DNA from: Vulcanimicrobiota bacterium
Lineage (GTDB): Bacteria; Vulcanimicrobiota; Xenobia; Xenobiales; JADMJV01
Assembly (NCBI GenBank): GCA_050250895.1
Contig: JBFWNU010000001.1
Coordinates: 744,008 to 808,007 of the forward strand
DNA: 64,000 bases
Reading direction: 5' to 3'
The translations under genes and the position numbers were made by a program. The notes under the pieces are model-generated. The model did not search any database. It saw only the letters and a list, made by a program, of their open reading frames with translations, and was not told where the DNA came from. Numbering within the stretch: the first letter of the stretch is position 1; each line of letters begins with the position of its first letter. Below, piece after piece: positions 57,894-64,000 of this stretch.

Positions 57894-58954
57894 TGCTGCG
57901 ACGCATCCTCCACGTCGACATGGATGCGTTCTATGCCTCGGTCGAGCAGCGCGACTTTCCTCATCTCAAAGGTAAGCCCGTGATCGTGGCCGGCAGCGAT
58001 CGCCATCGCGGCGTGGTGGCGGCCGCATCCTACGAAGCTCGACGCTACGGCATCCACTCGGCCATGCCCACGGCCGTGGCCCACCGGTTGTGTCCCGAGG
58101 TAGTTCGCCAACCCGTTCGCATGGAGGTCTACAGAGAGGTCTCGCTGCAGATTCGCGAGCTGTTCTGGGCCATCACCGATCTGGTCGAACCCCTCTCCCT
58201 GGACGAAGCCTTCCTGGATGTCTCGAAAACCTGCCACGAAAACCAGGTCACGGCCACCCGAGTCGCCTATCAACTCAAGCAAGACATCAAGAAAACGACG
58301 GGCCTGACGGCCTCGGCCGGAGTCGGTCCCAACAAGTTCGTGGCCAAGGTGGCCTCGGACTATCGCAAGCCCGACGGCTTGACGGTCGTGCCCCCCGAGC
58401 AGGTGGTCGATTTTCTGCACCCCCTATCGATCAAGCGCGTCTGGGGCATCGGACCGGTCACGGCCACTCGCCTCAACGAGCTGGGTATTCACACCATCGC
58501 CGATCTTCACGCCCAATCGCTAGAACGGCTGGTCGAACTCTTCGGAAAAGCCGGCTTATCTTATCATCAACTGGCCCGAGGCCAGGACAATCGCGCCGTC
58601 ACGCCTCATCGCGAGCCCAAGTCCGTCTCGCAAGAGACCACCTTCTCCAACGATGTCAGCGACCCCACCGAACTCCACGCCGCCATTCAAGACCAGGCCG
58701 AAAGAGTGGCCCGGCGATTGGCTCGAGCCAATCTGCAGGGTACCACCATCACCCTCAAACTGCGCTATGACGACTTCACCACCATCACCCGCAGCCACAC
58801 CGCAAGCCTCACCGATCAGGCGGAAGAAATCGCAGCGCAAGCCTTATCGCTACTGGAAAAGACTGAGTTTCCGCAACGTCGCGCTCGACTGGTGGGGGTG
58901 GGTGTCTCCGGACTGCTGCATAACGATCGCCCGCTACAATTAAGACTTTTTTAA
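57893..58954 (+). CDS. dinB: DNA polymerase IV
   Basis: HVDMDAFYASVE, ASYEAR.YG, SLDEAFLD, NKFVAKVASD..KPDG, clamp motif QLRLF. Confidence 0.96.
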   Translation: MLRRILHVDMDAFYASVEQRDFPHLKGKPVIVAGSDRHRGVVAAASYEARRYGIHSAMPTAVAHRLCPEVVRQPVRMEVYREVSLQIRELFWAITDLVEPLSLDEAFLDVSKTCHENQVTATRVAYQLKQDIKKTTGLTASAGVGPNKFVAKVASDYRKPDGLTVVPPEQVVDFLHPLSIKRVWGIGPVTATRLNELGIHTIADLHAQSLERLVELFGKAGLSYHQLARGQDNRAVTPHREPKSVSQETTFSNDVSDPTELHAAIQDQAERVARRLARANLQGTTITLKLRYDDFTTITRSHTASLTDQAEEIAAQALSLLEKTEFPQRRARLVGVGVSGLLHNDRPLQLRLF

Positions 58955-59055
58955 CGGCAGGTTGACGCTGGGGTTTTATCCTCACTTCAACAGCCGGGGG
59001 CGCACCAACGAGCGCCGACAGAGCTGATTCTTTCCACGACTAAGGAATGGTACCG

Positions 59056-59556
59056 ATGGATATCTTGAGCGGAATCGACTCACCCTTCGAACTGCAAGGC
59101 AAACGCCAAAGCCTGCGCTTCTCGGGTGATGACGTGGGGGGTCAATTTCAGGTGGAGTTGTCCGCCAACGGTTGCCGAACCCAGGTTCACGGCTCCTGGG
59201 ACCGGTCAGACAACAGTGGCTACAACCAGGCCGGCTTCTACTTCGACCTCTCGGTGGTCGACCACGACCCCGACAAGAACCTGGCCATGCGCCTGACCCG
59301 CGATGACCGGGGCCAGGGCAAATTGCACATCATCAACCCCGGTCTCGACGAATGTGTTCAGATCAGCGCGCCTATCGGAGACATCTCGCAAGCCAGCAGC
59401 AACTGCTTCGAGCCCGACTTCTTCGCCTATCGGTCAGTCACTGACGTGACCATCGAGACCGACGAAGAGGGAATCGCGCTGTCCATCTATCGCGAGTGCG
59501 AGCCGGCACCGACCCGCTTCGTCTTCCGTGACGGCTCGGTTTTGTCCGAAAGTTAA
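59056..59556 (+). CDS. Hypothetical protein
   Basis: ORF with AAGGA upstream (ATG 59047 or 59056); no motif recognised. Confidence 0.6.
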   Translation: MDILSGIDSPFELQGKRQSLRFSGDDVGGQFQVELSANGCRTQVHGSWDRSDNSGYNQAGFYFDLSVVDHDPDKNLAMRLTRDDRGQGKLHIINPGLDECVQISAPIGDISQASSNCFEPDFFAYRSVTDVTIETDEEGIALSIYRECEPAPTRFVFRDGSVLSES

Positions 59557-59637
59557 TGCCCGGGTAGTACTTCTCCGTTTAGTGCGGCATACGCTCCTTT
59601 GGAGTCCACGCCTCATCAAACATAAAGGAGAGTCACC

Positions 59638-60135
59638 ATGGTCATCACCAGCGCAGCTAACCGCTATCTTCCCAACAATCGGCCGGCGGCCGCCCAACAG
59701 GCCCCCACCCGCTCGGCCAGCTTCGACAGTTTTCAACCCCGCCCTATGGTCGAGCCCCCGCCGCCCGGCTACAACCCGAATGATCCGGCTTCGGCCAAGA
59801 TCCAGGGCGTAGTCGGTCTCGGCCTGCTCGGCGGTCTGGCCGGCATCGTCGCCGGTGCTGCCGGCGGAACGGCTGGTGCCATTGCTGGGGCGGTGGCCCT
59901 GGGCGCCGCCGGCGCCACGGCCGGTGCCTTCGGCGGCCTGGCTTTCGACATCGGCAACCTGGGCAGCAGCAACATTACTCCCTATGCCACTGCGGGTGGT
60001 GCCGCCCTCGGCATCATCGGCGGAGCCTTGCTGGGCGCCAACACGGCCGGCCCCTTAGCCGCCGCGGGTCTGGGCCTGCTGGGTGCAGCCGGGGCCGGAC
60101 TGGGCGCCAACATGCTCCTCGATCCCCAGTGGTAA
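59638..60135 (+). CDS. Glycine-zipper-like membrane protein
   Basis: AAAGGAG RBS; MVITSAA...DSFQP; long GxxxG/Ala-rich helices. Confidence 0.75.
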   Translation: MVITSAANRYLPNNRPAAAQQAPTRSASFDSFQPRPMVEPPPPGYNPNDPASAKIQGVVGLGLLGGLAGIVAGAAGGTAGAIAGAVALGAAGATAGAFGGLAFDIGNLGSSNITPYATAGGAALGIIGGALLGANTAGPLAAAGLGLLGAAGAGLGANMLLDPQW

Positions 60136-60166
60136 GACCGAAGCCACGAGTTATTTCCTAGAGGCC

Positions 60167-61363
60167 CTAGTGGGCCCGATAGAACCCGGCCGCGGCGACG
60201 GTGACCGTCGACGTGTTGCCGGGTTCATTGCATTGCTGATAGCCATGCAGGTGTCCGGGTGTCCGCAGGCCCTCTAACAGAGTGTAGATAGCCGAAGTGC
60301 CACAGTAGCCACGTTGCCCTTTGTCGGCCTGCAAGGTAGAGAAAAAGCCCAGCGCGTCGCAACCCGCCGCCCGTGTCATGGTCTCGAGATCACGCCGTTC
60401 GAGGTCGGCCAACTGCTCGTCACTGAGAGGATCTCCGCCGAAGGTCACCCCCATATGGGCGAGATCGGCCCCGGCGATCAGGAAAGCGTCGTCGCGCTCG
60501 CGCAAGATGGCCTTCAATCCTTGGAAAAAGCTCGCCACGCCGGGGATGGTCTCGGGAGAACCGCCGTCAAGCAGTGGGCGGTGGAAGGAGCCGCACAAGA
60601 CCGGTAACAGCCGCAGCTGTCCCGCCCTGGGGTACAGATGCTTGAGAAATACCGCCTGAAATTCGACCGAGTGCTCTCCGAAATGGTTGAATTCGTCGCG
60701 GAAGGGGTCGAAATCACAAGCTGCCGCCAACTGCTCGACCAGAGCGACGTCGGTCGGGACGGGCCCCAGCGGGGTATCGAAATCCTTGCGGGTGAGCACG
60801 AACGGGCTGCGGGCTGGGGCATGCGAGATGCCCAACACGATGGCCGTCATGGTCTCGGGCAACCGCTGACGCAGCTCCCCATAAGACCAGGCATAGGAGC
60901 GGTCGCCTCGACGCAGGTCGATATGGGGGCAGATCATCCCCACCAATCGTTGCTCCATCCGCACCTGAGGAGCGTCTTCCAGGGCCAGAATTCCGTCGAG
61001 AAAGGAGCGAAGCGCGTCCGGATCGTCAGGGTAAGCCGTGCCAGCATGAGCAGCCGGGCGGCGAGCGAAGCCGTCCAGCACCCCCCGCGAGCGGGGATTG
61101 TCCAGCACACAATGGGCGTCGAGCTGGCCCAACAGCGAATCCAGGGCTTCGGCCGGCAAGCTCACGCCGGTGTCTTTACGAAAGTCGTCGAGAATCTCGG
61201 AGCGGGTGCGACTGCCGTCCAGAAAACGCATCAAAAAATAGGCTACCGGCTGCAGCACCACTACCCCCTCCGCCAGACGGGCCGTATCGCGCAAGGCCAC
61301 TAGAGTCTGGCCCTCATGTTCGAAGGGAATGGGCTCCAGCAAACGTACCAACGGTTTGTCCAT
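60167..61363 (-). CDS. MEMO1 / AmmeMemoRadiSam protein B family with N-terminal extension
   Basis: RPAAHAG.AYP, PHID, EHSVEFQ, ADLAH, YCG; start 61363 or 61390. Confidence 0.85.
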   Translation of the reverse strand: MDKPLVRLLEPIPFEHEGQTLVALRDTARLAEGVVVLQPVAYFLMRFLDGSRTRSEILDDFRKDTGVSLPAEALDSLLGQLDAHCVLDNPRSRGVLDGFARRPAAHAGTAYPDDPDALRSFLDGILALEDAPQVRMEQRLVGMICPHIDLRRGDRSYAWSYGELRQRLPETMTAIVLGISHAPARSPFVLTRKDFDTPLGPVPTDVALVEQLAAACDFDPFRDEFNHFGEHSVEFQAVFLKHLYPRAGQLRLLPVLCGSFHRPLLDGGSPETIPGVASFFQGLKAILRERDDAFLIAGADLAHMGVTFGGDPLSDEQLADLERRDLETMTRAAGCDALGFFSTLQADKGQRGYCGTSAIYTLLEGLRTPGHLHGYQQCNEPGNTSTVTVAAAGFYRAH

Positions 61364-61510
61364 ACGGTCCAGTTCCAAGCATGAAGCCAACCTCCTCCGC
61401 CCTGGAAAGAGGGCTTTCGGGTTTGAAGGAACTCATGGCAGGGAATCGAATAGCCTCGGCAAAATGCTACGTTGGATAGTATTCAATTTCCAATAAAGGA
61501 GGTGAATCGG

Positions 61511-61927
61511 ATGAAGAAGCTGGTGAATCTAGTGCTAGCAGCTGTTATGGTAGCGAGTCTCTTCGGTGTGGCAACCGCAGACGAACACAACGACGTGCCT
61601 AACTATCAGCAGTTCAAAGGCTCTTGGTATTACCCGTGGATCGGCCCCGGTAACGATGAATATGGTAACCCTAGTATGGGAACCGGTTTCGCTCAGAAGG
61701 CTTCGGGCGAGGTTATCTACCTCGACTCGACCCGCATGCTGATCGAAGCAGATGGTAGCGGAGACATGATGACTTTCTACCTGTACCCCGGCATCACAAT
61801 GTACACTCCCTCGCTCGAGGGCGTACGTGTCGGATCGAAGGTGAAAGTGAAATCTGACGACGTTAGCCGCGCTCGTACCGTGCATGTAGTTCCTTTCTAC
61901 ATGTGGCTCGCCGAGCAGACCAACTAG
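61511..61927 (+). CDS. Secreted hypothetical protein
   Basis: Strong RBS AAAGGAGGTGA; signal peptide MKKLVNLVLAAVMVASLFGVATA; lower GC. Confidence 0.8.
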   Translation: MKKLVNLVLAAVMVASLFGVATADEHNDVPNYQQFKGSWYYPWIGPGNDEYGNPSMGTGFAQKASGEVIYLDSTRMLIEADGSGDMMTFYLYPGITMYTPSLEGVRVGSKVKVKSDDVSRARTVHVVPFYMWLAEQTN

Positions 61928-61945
61928 GGTCCGCTTCACGGTCTG

Positions 61946-61978
61946 ACAGGCTCCGGTTTCGGAGCCTGTTTTCTTTTT
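61946..61978 (+). terminator. Intrinsic terminator
   Basis: ACAGGCTCCG-GTTT-CGGAGCCTGT-TTTCTTTTT. Confidence 0.85.
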
Positions 61979-61983
61979 GGCGA

Positions 61984-63906
61984 CTACTGCAGAGGAATCA
62001 CTCGCTCGCTTACATCGTCGGTGCGCGGCGGGGCCGGTGGCCTGGCGACGCGGGCGGCGTACCAGGTCGAGAGCACGGCCAGACCCCAAAGTTCAGGTCC
62101 ATAGGCCCGCTCTCCGGCCAGTGTGTCATTGAGAGCGGCCTGAATCTTGTCCAGGTCGAGTACGCCCACTTTATTCAGTTCGCTCGGCGAGAGGGCGTCG
62201 CGGATCGGCTCGGCCTCAGGCGAGAGCAGCCAGGCGTGCACCGGAAAACCCAATCCTAAGCGGGCACCCGAGGCCACCGATTTGCCGAAGATAGCCTGGG
62301 CTCTAGAGCGCAGCAGCGTCTTACCCCGGCCCCCCCAATGAGCTTTGTAACTGTCGGGCAAGGCCAGCGCCCAGCTGGCCAGCTCGTGATAGAGAAAGGG
62401 ATTGCGCGTCTCGACCCCGGCCGCCATACCGAGGTGGTCCGAGCGGGCTAGCACATCGTTCGGCAGATAATCCTCCAGGTCGGCCTTCTGCAGGTCGAGC
62501 AGGGTCAGACGATTAGGGTCGAGTTCGAGGGTCTTGACCACCAGCGCCTCGCCCACCGGTTGGCGGGCGCCGCCGGCCACCATGGTAGCCGCCTGAGCGG
62601 GCAACCAGCTGCCCCGCCAAGTATAGTGGGCCAGACCGCTCTCGAGGGGGGCAGCCCTGAGAAAGCGGGCCAGCCGAAACAGCCAGGTCACCCGGCCCGA
62701 CTTGAGCCGATGGCGGCCTGCCCAATCCGCTGCCTGGCGCCGCAGGCGGACTGGCAGGCGGCAAACCAGCCGCTTGTGAAGCAGGGTGGCCCAATAACGT
62801 GGACTGCCCGCAAACAGCTCGTCGGCCCCGTCGCCACTGAGGACGACCTTGTGAGTGTCGGCGGCCAGTTTGGAGAGCATGAAGAAGGCCAGGGCTGAAG
62901 GGTCGGCCAGCGGCTCATCAGCGAATTCGACCAGGGCCGGAAAATATTCCAGCATTTTGGGCGTCATGGTCAGGGTCTCGAGCTTAAGACCCAGGTGGCG
63001 ACAAACTTCCTTGACCGCCCGCTTGCGGCTGAACCCCGGCTCTTCAAAGTCGAGAAAAAAAGCTTGATTGAGACGGCCCTGCCGGGCTCCCGATTCGGCC
63101 ACCAGCGCCGAATCCACCCCGCCGGAGAGCAAAATTCCCAACGGAACATCGCACTGCAAGGCGCCGCTGACGCCCCGGTCGAGCAGCGTGCCCAGTTGTT
63201 CGAGAGTCGCCTGGGGCTCGGCTTGAGTGCAAGCTTCTTGGGGCGGCTGGTAATAGGTGCCTTGCTCGACCGTGGCCCCAACCTTGAGCCACTGTCCGGG
63301 CCCTAAGCGTTCGATCCCTTCCAGCAACGTGCGGGTGCCCGGCACGTAGTTGAGGGTAAGAAAGCCTCCCAGACCCTCCAGATCAAGCTGCCGAGGCAGC
63401 TCGGGGAGGGCGGCCAGCGGTCGCAACTCCGACGCGAACGCCAAATAGTCGGGTCCTTTCCAGAAGAGCAAGGGCTTCTGACCGAAGCGGTCGCGCACCA
63501 GCAGCAACTCCTGACTCTGACGGTCAATTAGCGCGAAGGCGAACATCCCCTCCAGCCGGCGGGCCAGCCCCTCGCCCCAGGCCAGATAGCCGTGCAACAG
63601 CACCTCGGCGTCTGAATCGGTGTGAAAGCGAAAGCCATCGCGCTCGAGTTCTCGCTTGAGTTCGATGTGGTTATAGATAGCTCCGTCGCAAACCAACACC
63701 AGCCGGCCATCGGCGGTAGCCATCGGTTGCTGACCCCGCGGACCACCGACCGTGATTAGTCGGCGATGACCTAGAAAACAGCCGCCGTCGGACCACCAGG
63801 CCCCTTCGTCAGGACCGCGGTGGCGCAGGTGATTGACCAGGGCAGGCCAGAGTTGGCGGTGAGGTGCCTGGCCCTTACTCGAATACAAACCCACAATCCC
63901 AGACAT
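61984..63906 (-). CDS. AsnB-like amidotransferase (asparagine synthetase family) with degenerate glutaminase domain
   Basis: HRGPD, RDRFGQKPL, LSGGVDS, SGDGADELFAG; but MSGIVG in place of MCGI.G. Confidence 0.85.
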   Translation of the reverse strand: MSGIVGLYSSKGQAPHRQLWPALVNHLRHRGPDEGAWWSDGGCFLGHRRLITVGGPRGQQPMATADGRLVLVCDGAIYNHIELKRELERDGFRFHTDSDAEVLLHGYLAWGEGLARRLEGMFAFALIDRQSQELLLVRDRFGQKPLLFWKGPDYLAFASELRPLAALPELPRQLDLEGLGGFLTLNYVPGTRTLLEGIERLGPGQWLKVGATVEQGTYYQPPQEACTQAEPQATLEQLGTLLDRGVSGALQCDVPLGILLSGGVDSALVAESGARQGRLNQAFFLDFEEPGFSRKRAVKEVCRHLGLKLETLTMTPKMLEYFPALVEFADEPLADPSALAFFMLSKLAADTHKVVLSGDGADELFAGSPRYWATLLHKRLVCRLPVRLRRQAADWAGRHRLKSGRVTWLFRLARFLRAAPLESGLAHYTWRGSWLPAQAATMVAGGARQPVGEALVVKTLELDPNRLTLLDLQKADLEDYLPNDVLARSDHLGMAAGVETRNPFLYHELASWALALPDSYKAHWGGRGKTLLRSRAQAIFGKSVASGARLGLGFPVHAWLLSPEAEPIRDALSPSELNKVGVLDLDKIQAALNDTLAGERAYGPELWGLAVLSTWYAARVARPPAPPRTDDVSERVIPLQ

Positions 63907-63921
63907 CCCGTGGGCTTCGAC

Positions 63922-63930
63922 ATTCTACCA
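63922..63930 (-). promoter_or_regulatory. Extended -10 element for the asnB-like gene
   Basis: Minus strand TG-G-TAGAAT, 15 nt upstream of ATG 63906. Confidence 0.45.
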
Positions 63931-64000
63931 GCTACCACCCGCGCCCCCACCCGAGGAACTACCTCCGCCGAAGCTCGACGAACTGCTGGAGCTAAACCCG

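Noticed and set aside
58956-58996. Imperfect hairpin after dinB as an ncRNA or terminator
   Set aside because: Mismatched stem, no U-tract and no recognisable RNA family.
61984-63906. Lasso peptide cluster around the AsnB-like gene
   Set aside because: No precursor, B1/B2 peptidase or transporter seen; the protein keeps a full-length AsnB layout. Genes beyond the window edge are unseen.

Overview
High-GC bacterial chromosomal segment with about 55 protein-coding genes and no rRNA, tRNA, CRISPR array, transposase or integrase that I can recognise. The gene content (many Ser/Thr kinases and class III cyclases, an SLH-type envelope protein, Ala(-1) pseudopilins, small N-terminal 'DSF' membrane proteins) would fit a Terrabacteria lineage such as Ca. 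Eremiobacterota; this is low-confidence inference. The left half holds two type IV filament (T4P/T2SS-like) modules. (i) A translationally coupled GspE/PilB - degenerate alpha/beta hydrolase - three pseudopilins - GspF/PilC - ECF sigma - ZAS anti-sigma - Ser/Thr kinase operon. (ii) A PilV-like/PilW-like pair followed by three tandem ~800-aa PilX-like paralogs, each with its own conserved upstream motif, RBS, flanking GTCAGA/TCTGA(C) motifs and terminator, and each with a six-Cys insert. This array is the best candidate for an undescribed system. Other notable items: a ~183-bp tandem repeat made of GAA-triloop hairpins with a dispersed relative, an FHA-cyclase with a guanylate-cyclase-like signature, a probable ATT start codon, an AsnB-like protein lacking the catalytic Cys, and a shortened SLH/porin-like protein. 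The rest is signalling and housekeeping (GAF and CHASE/PAS kinases, bioY, large NAD-GDH, M14 peptidase, msrB, THUMP methyltransferase, dinB, MEMO1). All calls come from reading the sequence; no searches were run.
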